DNA from: Heptranchias perlo
Lineage: Eukaryota
Assembly (NCBI RefSeq): GCF_035084215.1
Contig: NC_090352.1
Location: forward strand, 28,830,001 to 28,894,000
Length of the DNA: 64,000 nucleotides
Direction: 5' to 3'
Shown here: piece by piece, positions 26,200-38,344 of the stretch
Numbering within the stretch: the stretch's first letter is position 1
Layout: every line of letters starts with the position of its first letter
Position numbers and translations under genes: made by a program
The notes under the pieces: generated by a model
What the model was told of the DNA's origin: nothing
The model's database searches: none
What the model saw: the letters and a program-made list of their open reading frames with translations, nothing else

Positions 26200-29100
26200 T
26201 GATCATTAAGGCTTTAGCCTCGCAAAGCACCCCCGTGTGGGTAAACCATGAAACCAGCAGAAATCTATTCCTATCAATCCTCACTCAGCCCTTTTCCATC
26301 AGCCGTCAAGAGCGATGACACAGACAGACACACGCAGACAGAGACACGCAGACAGAATCGACACAAACAATTACACCGTACATAATTTATGAAAGCGAGC
26401 TGCAGTTAGAAATGGGCACACAAGCAGAGCATGTGCGGCCACTTTTAAGAAAGAAACTCGAGCCAGGCCACAGACTCTAATGTAATGAAGATGTGACGGT
26501 TGCACGGAGCCCAGTGGGTTCACGGGGAGATCGTGTCATTGTTTTCTGCTGCCACCAGCAAACAAGGATCGAGTCTAGCCCCGAGCAATTCATTAATAAT
26601 ACGCCTGGGTTCAACTGCTGAGAAAGAGATAAAAGGGAAATGGGCCGTTTTGAATGATTGTAATTTTCCCCTCAATTATTTCCGAGTGACTGACATTAAT
26701 GTAATAAAATCTGGATTGGTTGTGAAGAATCTTCCCCATTCTAGTCGCAGCCCAAATAATATAAAGCAACTGATCTGTGGAGAACAGTAGCAAGTTGGAC
26801 TATAAGAACTTAAAAACAGTAGGCAATATGCTTCCTATTGCTGATAATTTGCACAGCAAAACTTAGAGAAAAATCGAGTTACATTATTTTATGATCGATT
26901 TTTTTTTGTGGCTCTTTTTGGAATAAGAGTCACAGAAATTTGAGGTTTTCCTGAATTTAGTTTTGACGAGGGAACCTTTCACTCCCCAGTTTCCTTGGAG
27001 TCTATGCAAACTACGGGCTACCATAACCCTACGTTTCGCCTTTCCGCAGTTGGTTACGTGCAAAAACATGTCGTGCATCAGTTGCAAATGTACCGTTGCA
27101 ATAAAGAATGCGAACAGTACAGTGGAGCATTGCTCTAAACAGGCCTGTACAGAGAGAGAAACAAGAAAGCCCAGGGGCATCTCCATTTCCTCTTCCTAAC
27201 CCCACGCCCAGCCCCGGCAAGTACCCATAACTGTCTTAAAAGGGAAAGGTCTCCCGTCTCAGTATCAAACACGTTCAGCTTTTTATTTCAAGAGACAAGT
27301 TACGATCGAAGCGGATACGAAGCGTTAAAAAAATCTGTACAAATTCAAACCCCGGTGTTATTTGTGGGTCCCACCTTTTTATATTAAAATAATCGTACGG
27401 AACGTCGAATCTAACGCCGATTCTCCACAATTTACCCAACACTGATCGGATTGATACACGTCGCCCTTCAAATACTCTTTTAAACTAAGGTTTCAATTAA
27501 ACTATACATGATTTAAAATCAAACTCCGGTAGAATAATCCCACAGCCGCCAGCACCAAACTTTACATCCGGCAATGCAGTGTCTGTATATACTGTAACTA
27601 ACACGCACCAAATACCAAATACGCACCAGATCCTATTTATCCTCTTATGCATCACATTTTGCATATATTTATACACACACACACACCAATGATCTGAATC
27701 TAGTACTAAACAGACCAAGGCAAGAGGAGCAGCCGATCCCCTTATCCCCGACTCGGTGCTAGGTTTTGAGAAGTTGTTCCAAGTTTTACCTGAGAAACTC
27801 CTGCAGGCAGGTGTCGCAGAAGCGGTGGCCACAGGTCGAGACTTGCACGGGTTCCCGCATCGGCTTGTTGCACAGAGGACACTGAAAGCGGCGCTTCGGC
27901 TTCTCTAGAAACTTATAATCGTAACCGGGCATGTTTGTATGTTTTTTTTTATATAAAAGAAACACGAGGATGTGAACAGTGCCGATCGCTAATTAATTTT
28001 AATTTAAAGATATATTAAGACAGGGTGAGATTACTGGGTCCGGTTGGGTTTTATGGCTGAGCTCCAATTTCTAAGGTACAGGCGGTTTAAGAAGCAAGCA
28101 GCCAGCTCTCCCTCCGGCCGGCTCTGAATGGAGAATGCCCGGTCTGTTGATGTTTGGAGGTGATTTTCCTGGAGGAGGTTCACGTGTTATCGAGGGAGGA
28201 GGAGATTCAGCAATTACACTGCTGACAGCGCGTCCCCGGGTCCTAGTGACAGAGACGTTACACGTTGTTACTGAGATTCTCCTTAGCCTTTCTGTACGAG
28301 TTATTTCTTTAATTTAAATGACTGAACACATTTATAAAGACACTTCTAGATAGCCTGAAAATGACAGATTCGTGCACTCAATCTTAGTGAGCTGTAATTT
28401 TAATAATTTTGCATATAAAAATTAGTCTCTGGAAGTATACAGTATTAAGTATATCATCTAACCCAATCAGCATATCCTTCTCTCTTCCTTTCTCCTTCAT
28501 GTACTTATACAGTGTTAAGTATACCGTATTAGTTAGGTATACAGTATATAATATTAAGTATACAGTATTGGAAGACTAAGTACGGCATTGTTGGCTGGTA
28601 TCTATAGAATTACAAATGCTACATATTTATTGACAACTGAATTTCTTGTATCGGCGCCGCTGTTGTTTCCATCACACTCTTCCCATTACGGTTAGAGTTA
28701 GCGAAAGGACAGCCAGTTGCCTTGTTTCAGGGTTAAATGAGCACAAAACAGCCCCTTGTCTCGGAACATCCTGCCACATTAGCAAAAAAAAAACGGCAGC
28801 TGCATCTCTACCCTTAACCCGACTCAGTCGGAAGCAGAGAGCGGGATGCCAAAGTTAAAAGGTTATTTCTAATAGACATTCCTTTGTAAGCAGTGCTGGG
28901 CGCCAACTCATTTCATTCATTATCCTAAACAGCTTTATATTTTTTTAAGAACATCGAGCGACTGTATACTATCCGGATATATATTCAGTCCTTTGTCCTG
29001 GTAAACAAGCGAGACTCGGGCCCCGACTGACCATTTCCAACAACTGTGGGATTTCCCCCCCTGCTGTGAATCATGGAACTGCTGTTTTTCAAATCCCTTC

Positions 29101-29300
29101 CCAGGCTCTGTGGGAGTGATGAGATTCGATAACTTTCATTACACCAACTCAGCACTTCAAGCTATCGGAACTGCATTGCTCCACAGCATAAATATTGCAT
29201 ACTAACTGGGAGCGAGATTAAACATCTCGGTCGTGTTTCATCTCGGCTGGCGGGTAGAGAAGGGAGCTGGAAGCTTGAAGTTACGTTTAAGATGAATATC
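26200..29300 (-). promoter_or_regulatory. CpG-enriched TRAF4 promoter / exon 1 region
   Basis: CG dinucleotides are visibly retained relative to the CpG-depleted flanks, the region is free of recognisable transposons, and it surrounds the TRAF4 start codon. TSS not determinable. Confidence 0.65.
27790..27932 (-). CDS. TRAF4: TRAF4 first coding exon (N-terminal C3HC4-type RING finger)
   Basis: Minus-strand translation MPGYDYKFLEKPKRRFQCPLCNKPMREPVQVSTCGHRFCDTCLQEFLS matches the TRAF4 N-terminus. ATG has A at -3 (AAACATG). The 143-nt exon ends AG|GTAAAAC. Not in the ORF track in this frame. Confidence 0.96.
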
Positions 29301-30217
29301 GGATGACACGTTAGTTAGTCTTAAATCAAATCAAAATCTTGACACTAATTTAAGGATATACATTTAAGCAAAAGTACATCTCGAAGCATATAACATTTTA
29401 AAACTGCCTCTCTAAATACTAAAATGCATCATTTGAAGGTGAACGGTTAACAGGGCTGAACTTGTTATGTAAATGAAGATATCAACGTTGACGATTAGGT
29501 GGGGCTGCTGACCAACCATTCACTTTACAAGGTGGGGCTGTAATTGGTTTCGTCAGAGAATAGACTCAGGATTTTATCATCTGACTGTACTCATTAATTG
29601 TTGCTATAGTTACCTAGCTTTGTTTCACATTCATAAAATAATAAAACCATCTAGACAATGGTTTGCATCGCAACTTTATTAACAGCACGCAGGAATGATT
29701 TGAACTGCCACGATTAGAAAATCTTTTGAGAAAACAAAATCAAACTTAAAAGACGTGATGAACTTGTTTATTGTTTATTTGATGTTTCCTTTTTGTTTCT
29801 GATTATACTCCTGCAGCGTTGCTCATGCATGCTTGTGACGTTTAGCTGTGTCAATCTGACTTGTCCATTTGCAGCTCATTTTTCTGTGGGCAATTCCAGG
29901 TACTCGACCGAGGTCGGTTAATGAGCTGCTTGCAAATTCCAATGTTATGCTTCGCATGGCGACCATTACATAATAGATTCAAGACCTTTTGTATGTATAC
30001 ACAGAGCCCTTAGACAACATGATACATATTGGCTTTGAGGAGTCATCGAAGGAACCAAATATGTTACGGTGTGACAAATTTTCAGAATTGGAGAAGGATT
30101 ACATCTGGAATCACGAAGCTGATGTCTGTCGCTTTGTCTCAATAGTGGAACTCTTGCCTCTGAATCAGAAGGTTTTGGGTTCAAATCCCACTCCAGGGCT
30201 TGGGCCCCCTAATCTAA

Positions 30218-30679
30218 GCTCGACACCATCCAGGACAAAGCAGCCCGCTTGATTGGCACCCCATCCACCACCCTAAACATTCACTCCCTTCTCCACCGGC
30301 GCACTGTGGCTGCAGTGTGTACCATCCACAGGATGCACTGCAGCAACTCGCCAAGGCTTCTTCGACAGCACCTCCCAAACCCACAACCTCTACCACCTAG
30401 AAGGACAAGAGCAGCAGCCACATGGGAACAACACCACCTGCACGTTCCCCTCCAAGTCACACACCATCCCGACTTGGAAATATATCGCCGTTCCTTCATC
30501 GTCGCTGGGTCAAAATCCTGGAACTCCCTTCCTAACAGCACTGTGGGAGAACCTTCACCACACGGACTGCAGCGGTTCAAGAAGACGGCTCACCACCACC
30601 TTCTCAAGGGCAAGTAGGGATGGGCAATAAATGCCGGCCTCGCCAGCAACGCCCACATCCCATGAACGAATTTTTAAAA
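30218..30679 (+). mobile_element. 3' end of a young LINE (CR1/L2 group) inserted into a SINE
   Basis: CpG-rich; encodes RT C-terminal-like ...SKSWNSLP...LQRFKKTAHHHLLKG; same tail at 355-540 and 63950-64000; flanked by AATCTAA at 30211-30217 and 30680-30686. Confidence 0.85.
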
Positions 30680-30862
30680 AATCTAACCTGCACTTCAGGA
30701 CAGTATTGAGGGAGTGCTGTGTTGTCAGAAATGCATTCGTTCAAACAAGACATTAAATCACAGCCCTGTCTGCTACTTCAGGTCGATGTAAAATATATCA
30801 TGACACTATTGGTGTCATGGCCAGCAATCGTCATTGCACTAAAACAGATTAATTAGTCAATT

Positions 30863-31243
30863 AACAACAAGAAACACTAGCATTTATATAGCGCCTTCCA
30901 CGACCTCGGGACATCCCAAAGCACTTTACAGTCAATTAATCACTTTTGAAATGTAGTCACTGTTGTAAGGCACGTGGCAGCCAATTTGCACACAGCAAGC
31001 TCCCACAAACAACATGATAATGACCAGACAATCTGTTTTAGTAAATATTGGCCTCCCCTGCTCGTCGAAATAGTACAAAGAGGGTATGTTACGTCCACCT
31101 GAAAGGGCAGACAGGCCTTGGTTTAACATCTCATCCCAAAGATGGCACCTCTGGCAATGCAGCACTAAAGTCTTTGGTGTGCGATTTGAACCCACAGCCT
31201 TTTGACATAGGCGAGAGGGCGAGCAACTAAGTCACAGCTAACA
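30863..31243 (-). mobile_element. Deu-domain SINE nested antisense inside another copy
   Basis: Reverse-complement copy from tail (catttatatagcgcctt) to head (tttgaacccacagcc). Confidence 0.8.
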
Positions 31244-31409
31244 CATTTACTCATTGCTGTTAGTGGAAATACTGTGTGCAAGGTGGCTGCCATGTTTGCC
31301 TACGTAATTTCAGTGATTGCGCATCAAAAGTAATTAATTGGCGGTGAAGTCCAGAAGATACAAAAGGCGCTACATAAATAGACGTTTCTTGCTCCATTAC
31401 GGATAGTAA

Positions 31410-31640
31410 TCAAACTGCTGTGTATTTATACCTTTTGTGGCATATTTCCAGGATTGTCTTTTTAAAGGGAAGGAGGGGGAGGAGGAAGGTCTGTGATAGG
31501 GTGCAGGCAGGAATGGTTAAATGACTAAAGGGATGATTGTGCAAGGCAATGAAGGATGGTAATGGGACACGTAAAAAATCAAAAGTTGGGTCTAGCTGAT
31601 GTGTAAATGGGTACAGCAGAACCATTACCAGCTCCTGCTA
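31410..31640 (-). mobile_element. Diverged PLE 3'UTR fragment
   Basis: Similar to 34070-34280 (gaaggtctgtga...ttaaatgac.aaagggatgat.gtgcaaggcaa...gtaatgggaca...cagcagaaccatta). Confidence 0.65.
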
Positions 31641-32392
31641 TTAATTTTGAGTCTTCACCAAATTTTTTTTTAAAAAACTGACATCCAGTAAACAAGCTTC
31701 AGGGACTCTCGTAACATCTTCATCAACTTCTTGAAACCCACGTCAGAAAAATCGGACCAAGAGAATAACCTCCAAATTCAACTGGCCGCTTGGCAGAGAG
31801 ACTAATTCCAGACTTTAGTCTTCTGATTAATAAATGTTACATCTATGTTTTTCTGCAACGTTGGTTTTACTTTCTTACTCTTTTGTGCCTCAATCCGAGT
31901 TATCTTTCGTCGGTTTTTAATGTATGGTCACATAAGCAAGAAAAGTACAGCATATTTTGAAAATGTAACAGGAAAATAATCTTTGATATTATGCTTCCAT
32001 GTGACTCGGCACAAAAGTCCATTGTTTATATTGCCTAATGGTTCAATAGCATACAAGCAGCTTTCCTCTAATGCGTACTCTGGCCGGGACTGGCCACAAG
32101 GCGGCGAGCTTTCACAGCAACGACAAAGGCAGCGAGACAATATTCTCAAAATGCCAATCATCCTTTCAGTGCTTTTTTAAAAAATAATTATTGCGAGACA
32201 AATAGTTTGAAAAATTATGAAAAGTGCACCATGTTTTCTAATGTCTACTGCTTGTGAGATAATCCGAGATCGCAGTGTCAACCTCACACTAGTGCCTGAC
32301 AATAGGTTAAAAAATAATTAATGATCTAGATTTAACATAGAGAACATTTTGTTCAAACAGCACTTCCTCTGTGCACCTAATATTTTTACATT

Positions 32393-32490
32393 TTCAGTTC
32401 TGACGAACCTGAAACGTTAACTCTGTTTCTTTCTCCACAGATGTTGCCTGACTTGCTGAGTATTACCAGCATTTTCTGTTTTTATTTTAT
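32393..32490 (+). mobile_element. PLE terminal-repeat fragment, family B, hammerhead stem II deleted
   Basis: agttCTGACGAacctGAAAcgttaactctgtttct...gacttgctgag. Confidence 0.7.
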
Positions 32491-33399
32491 ATATTATACA
32501 TTATACATTTTTAAGGTGGGTTGATAACCTTGATTTGCTGCGCATAGTTAGCACCTCATAAAAGATGTAAAACGGATTCTGATCAAGCCTCACGTGTGTT
32601 TTTGTTCAAGTTCCTCACGTACACACACCAAGAGATATCAATGAGCAGCCACTCTATTTGAAATGGGGGAGGGAGAGCGGACTGGACCTAATCAAATAGC
32701 ATTCAGGTAACACAATGAGCCGCTATTCACCGTTAAGTGCTTTAAAATCAAGTGTTAATAATCGATGCATTTACTGAGAGGGTGTGAATTTTTTTTTAAA
32801 AAAGTGTTGAATATTTCAACAGCATTTACAACATCATCTTGCAGAAAACACTCATTCTTACTACTGGTCGATTGGTCGCCATGATGTTAAATGGCTAGTA
32901 CCTCCAGGAAGTGCAGTGTATGTACTTGTGCACGGCACAAGTCTTAATTACTAGGTTCCAGATATGATTTGCAATAAGATCAAGGTGGATCCTTGGGACG
33001 TTTTACTACGTTAAAGGCACTATATTAATGCAAGTTGTTGTTGAACCCATCCCTGACTCTGACCCCCATCCCCATGAAAATATGCTAAAATTGGTGTTTT
33101 GTGTAATGCATTTCATAGTGTGGAGAACTATTATAGAATTGAACTCTCAAGCATAAAAATCATACTTTCAAGAGGCTTTTAGGTCTGATTTCTGAGTTTT
33201 ACAGCTAGACAAAGAAAAAAACCAAAAAGGACTACAAATTATTGTGCTCTTGCAACACATATTCTCCAGAGCAATGTGAGTGAACAATAGTTAAGTGCCT
33301 GTATGGGCCACTCATGTAAACCTACCTTGGTGGAGGGGACAGCAGAACTGAGCCCAGCAAAGTTGATGGATAGTAAAACAAAACAAAAACTACAGATGT

Positions 33400-33845
33400 A
33401 TAGAAAGACTGGCATGAATATAATACCTTTCATGAGCTCAGGATGTCCCAAGGTGCTTTACTGTGAATGAAGTACTTTTGAGGTGTAGTCACTGTTGTAA
33501 TGTAGGAAACACGGTAGCCAATTTGCACACAGCAAGGTCCCACAAGCAGCAATGAGATAATGATCAGATAATTTGTTTTTCAGTGGTGTTGGTTGAGGGA
33601 TAGATATTGGCCAGGACATTGGGGAGAACTCTCCTGCTTTTCTTCAAAAAATGATCTTTTACATCCACCTGAGAGGGCAGATGAGGCCTCAGTTTAATGT
33701 CTCATCTAAAAGACAGTGCAGCACTCCCTCAGTAATGCACTGAAACATTAGCCTGCATTATGTACTCAGGTCTCAGGAGTGGGACTTGAACCCACAACCT
33801 TCTGACGCAAGAGGTGAGAGTTCGACCCACTGAGCCACAGCTAAC
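33400..33845 (-). mobile_element. Deu-domain SINE
   Basis: Reverse complement is colinear with 61024-61472. Confidence 0.85.
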
Positions 33846-33974
33846 ACCATGAAGGCCATACAGGAGATCCAGAGAAGAATCATACCTCAATATGAGTAGC
33901 AGGAACAATAAAAATACTCTTTTATATTGTCCATACTCACTGTTACTCTCTAGAGAAAGCCACCTCTGTAAATT

Positions 33975-34628
33975 GCTCAGCAAGTCACGCAGCATCTGTG
34001 GAGAAAGAAACAGAGTTAACGTTTCAGGTCGAAGACCTTTCGTCAGAACTGGAAGATGGTAAGGAGCTAACAGTTTTTAAGCAAGTACAGAGCCAGGGAA
34101 AGGGACAGAGGAGAGGAAAGAACAAAGGGGAAGGTCTGTGAGAGGATAGAGGAAAAGAGTGATTAAATGACAAAAGGGATGATGGTGCAAGGCAAGGAGG
34201 GTGGTAATGGGACAAGTTAAGAAACAAAAGATGGGTCTAAAGGAGCCATAAATGGCAACAGCAGAACCATTATCAGCAGGTGCAGTCTCACAAAAAGAGA
34301 AAAAAAATGGGAGCAGTGGTTCTGATCTGAAGTTAGTGAAATCAATGTTGAGTCCGGAAGGTTGTAAAGTGCCTAAACGAAAGATGAGGTGCTGTTCCTC
34401 GAGCTTCCGTTGAGCTTCATTAGAACAGTGTAAGAGGCCGAGGACAGAGAGGTCAGAGTGGGAATGGGACGGGGAATTTTTATGGATACGTGGAACATTC
34501 CTTGTTCTAGTCCTACTCAGGTCCCCCCACCCCACCTCTTTTCCTGGTACACTGATGACTGTATCGGTGCCGCTTCCTGCTCTCACCCCAAACTGGAAAA
34601 TTTCATCAACTTTGCTTCCAATTTCCAG
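33975..34628 (-). mobile_element. Penelope-like element remnant with an inverted internal segment
   Basis: Minus strand 33975-34477 has the GIY-YIG C-terminus (SHSHSDLSVLGL...RKLEEQHLIFRLGTLQPSGLNIDF), 3'UTR and hammerhead. Plus strand 34478-34628 has a degenerate RT fragment (YVEHSLF...YTDDCIGAASCS...ENFINFASNF). Confidence 0.85.
34014..34050 (-). ncRNA. Minimal type I hammerhead ribozyme motif (family B)
   Basis: AGTT-CTGACGA-A-AGGTC-TTC-GACCT-GAAA-CG-TT-AACT. Confidence 0.7.
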
Positions 34629-34747
34629 TAGAAATGCAGGGTGGCCGGCTCTCCATGTCTTCTTTCCTGAAACTGCCTCCCTTAATTTAACAGCACATTC
34701 ATAGACCCAAATTCTCTTGTATTTGCGATGTCATCAGTTCCTCGAGT

Positions 34748-34769
34748 GGGGGGGGGGGGGGGGGGGGGG
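34748..34769 (+). repeat. Poly-G tract (22 nt)
   Basis: Read directly from the sequence. Confidence 0.9.
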
Positions 34770-35400
34770 TTTCAATGGAATGCAAACAAAAGGAGTAGGT
34801 CTCCTGTCAGCCACACTCCTGGAAATATGAAAGTGCCTTATATGGCTCCAATTGATGCAATCTTTGTTACTCTCACAGCTGGAGTCCTCTTTATAACAGG
34901 CAGTCGCAGCTTCACTGGAGAATCGAACAACTTACTTTGTGTTACTACATGTTTCATTATAGACATTTTATAATAAATATTTACGTTATCTTGTTTTATA
35001 GAACACAGTTCAATGTCCCTACTAGAAAATTTTAAAGCTGCACAATACAAATCCAACTCCATTGCTGCAAAATATTTTGTTCTGGAGTCTATTCTGAGAC
35101 TATCTCCTTTGTTTTTTTTCTCAGAATAAAACACTTTCCAATGAAAAGAACTATTGGTTCTCTATTAACTCTAGCTCTAATTCAATGCATCCTTTGATCC
35201 ATTTCTGTATTTTAGTCAAAAGTCTTGAGTCAGTATAGTATAACCCTTAAGGCTTCCTGGGTCACCCTGCTGGTTTTCTCTTACTGGAGCATGTAGCTTC
35301 CTTTAAGGCACCATGTCATTCATAGAATCATAGAAGTTTACAACATGGAAACAGGCCCTTCGGCCCAACATGTCCATGTCGCCCAGTTTATACCACTAAT

Positions 35401-38344
35401 CTAGTCCCAATTGCCTGCACTTGGCCCATATCCCTCTATACTCATCTTACCCATGTAACTGTCCAAATGCTTTTTAAAAGACAAAATTGTACCCGCCTCT
35501 ACTACTGCCTCTGGCAGCTCGTTCCAGACACTCACCACCCTTTGAGTGAAAAAATTCCCCCTCTGGACCCTTTTGTATCTCTCCCCTCTCACCTTAAATC
35601 TATGCCCCCTCGTTATAGACTCCCCTACCTTTGGGAAAAGATTTTGACTATCTACTTATCTATGCCCCTCATTATTTTATAGACTTCTATAAGATCACCC
35701 CTAAACCTCTACTCTCCAGGGAAAAAAGTCTCAGTCTATCCAACCTCTCCCTATAAGTCAAACCATCAAGTCCCGGTAGCATCCTAGTTTCTGCACTCTT
35801 TCTAGTTTAATAATATCCTTTCTATAATAGGGTGACCAGAACTGTACACAGTATTCCAAGTGTGGCCTTACTAATCTCTTGTACAACTTCAACAAGACAT
35901 CCCAACTCCTGTATTCAATGTTCTGACCAATGAAACCAAGCATGCTGAATGCCTTCTTCACCACCCTATCCACCTGTGACTCCACTTTCAAGGAGCTATG
36001 AATCTGTACTCCTAGATCTCTTTGTTCTATAACTCTCCCCAACGCCCTACCATTAACGGAGTAGGTCCTGGCCCGATTCGATCTACCAAAATGCATCACC
36101 TCACATTTATCTAAATTAAGCTCCATTTGCCATTCGTCGGCCCACTGGCCCAATTTATCAAGGTCCCGTTGCAATCCGAGATAACCTTCTTCACTGTCCA
36201 CAATGCCACCAATCTTGGTGTCATCTGCAAACTTACTAACCATGCCTCCTAAATTCTCATCCAAATCATTAATATAAATAACAAATAACAGCGGACCCAG
36301 CACCAATCCCTGAGGCACACCGCTGGTCACAGGTCTCCAGTTTGAAAAACAACCCTCCACAACCACCCTCTGTCTTCTGTCGTCAATCCAATTTTGTATC
36401 CAATTGGCTACCTCACCTTGGATCCCGTGAGATTTAACCTTATGTAACAACCTACCATGCGGTACCTTGTCAAAGGCTTTGCTAAAGTCCATGTAGACCA
36501 CGTCTACTGCACAGCCCTCATCTATCTTCTTGGTTACCCCTTCAAAAAACTCAATCAAATTCGTGAGACATGATTTTCCACTCACAAAACCATGCTGACT
36601 GTTCCTAATCAGTCCTTGCCTCTCCAAATGCCTGTAGATCCTGTCTCTCAGAATACCCTCTAACAACTTACCCACTACAGATGTCAGGCTCACCGCGGTG
36701 TCTGTAGTTCCCAGGCTTTTCCCTGCCGCCCTTCTTAAACAAAGGCACAACATTTGCTACCCTCCAATCTTCAGGCACCTCACCAGTAGCTGTCGATGAT
36801 TCAAATATCTCTGCTAGGGGACCCGCAATTTCCTCCCTAACCTCCCATAACGTCCTTGGATACATTTCATCAGGTCCCGGAGATTTATCTACCTTGATGC
36901 GCGTTAAGACTTCCAGCACCTCCCTTTCTGTAATATGTACACTCCTCAAGACATCACTATTTATTTCTCCAAGTTCCCTAACATCCATGCCTTTCTCAAC
37001 AGTAAATACCGATGTGCAATATTCATTCAGGATCTCACCCATCTCTTGTGGTTCCGCACATAGATGACCTTGTTGATCCTTAAGAGGCCCTACTCTCTCC
37101 CGAGTTACTCTTTTGCCCTTTATGTATTTGTAGAAGCTCTTTGGATTCTCCTTTGCCTTATCTGCCAAAGCAATCTCATGTCCCCTTTTTGCCCTCCTGA
37201 TTTCTCTCTTAACTCTACTCCGGCAATCTCTATACTCTTCAAGAGATCCACTTGATCCCAGCTGCCTATGCACGTCATATGCCCCCTTCTTCTTTTTGTC
37301 TAGGGCCACAATCTCCCGAGTCATCCAAGGTTCCCTACTTCTACCAGCCTTGCCCTTCACTTTATAAGGAATGTGCTTACCCTGAACCCTGGTTAACACA
37401 CTTTTGAAAGCCTCCCACTTACCAGACGTCCCTTTGCCTGCCAACAGACTCTCCCAATCAACTTCTGAAAGTTCCTGTCTAATACCATCAAAATTGGCCT
37501 TTCCCCAATTTAGAATTTTAACTTTTGGGCCAGACCTATCATTCTCCATAGCTATCTTAAAACTAATGGAATTATGATCACTGGTCCCAAAGTGATCTCT
37601 CACTAACACTTCTGTCACCTGCCCTTCCTTATTTCCCAAGAGGAGGTCAAGTTTTGCCCCCTCTCCAGTCGGGCCATCCACATACTGAATGAGAAATTCC
37701 TCCTGAATACACTCAACAAATTTCTCTCCATCCAAGCCCCTAATGCTATGGCTGTCCCAGTCAATGTTGGGAAAGTTAAAGTCCCCTACTATTACCACCC
37801 TATTTTTATTGCAGCTATCTGTAATCTCCTTACATATTTGCTCCTCAATTTCCCGTTGACTATCTGGGGGTCTGTAGTACAATCCTATCAAAGTGATCTC
37901 TCCCTTCTTATTTTTCAGTTCTACCCATATATACTCAGTGGGCGAACCATCGGATATATCCCCTCTCACAACTGCCGTGATGTTCTCCCTAATCAAGAAC
38001 GCAACTCCCCCTCCTCTCTTACCTCCTGCTCTATCTTTCCTATAGCATCTGTACCCTGGAACATTGAGCTGCCAGTCCTGCCCCTCCCTTAGCCATGTTT
38101 CAGTAATAGCTATAACATCCCAGTACCATGTACCCATCCATGCCCTGAGTTCATCTGCCTTGCCCATCAGACTTCTTGCATTGAAATAAATGCAGTTTAA
38201 TCTAGACTTCCCTTGGTCTTTGCCCTGCTTTCTCAGACCATCTGTCCGGTCATGTTTTGTACACTCTCCCTTACTGCCTTTTGTTTCTGTCACCACTTTA
38301 CTTCCCACTGACTTCCTGCATCGGTTCCCATCCCCCTGCCACAT
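35401..38344 (-). pseudogene. CR1 ORF2: AP endonuclease and reverse transcriptase, frameshifted near 36700 and 35790
   Basis: APE motifs YFNARSL, ITETWL, VGDFNFP and SDHN; RT motifs MDFSKAFDKVPH, GVPQGLVLGPLLF and FADDTK; C-terminal FFTQRVVSVWNELP. Confidence 0.95.

Larger units (their letters stand above)
30137..31390 (+). mobile_element. Deu-domain SINE split into three parts by two later insertions
   Basis: Head 30137-30217, middle about 30687-30860 and tail about 31245-31390 are colinear with the family sequence. Confidence 0.75.

Noticed and set aside
1-27789. TRAF4 exon 2 (EGVFKCPEDQLPLDYAK-like)
   Set aside because: Not found by eye; probably left of the window, though a short exon could have been missed.
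27497-27832. 111-aa minus-strand ORF overlapping TRAF4 exon 1
   Set aside because: Wrong frame and runs into the intron; the real exon is 27790-27932.
34077-34586. 169-aa ORF as a gene
   Set aside because: Chimera across a PLE inversion junction; only the middle is a GIY-YIG remnant.
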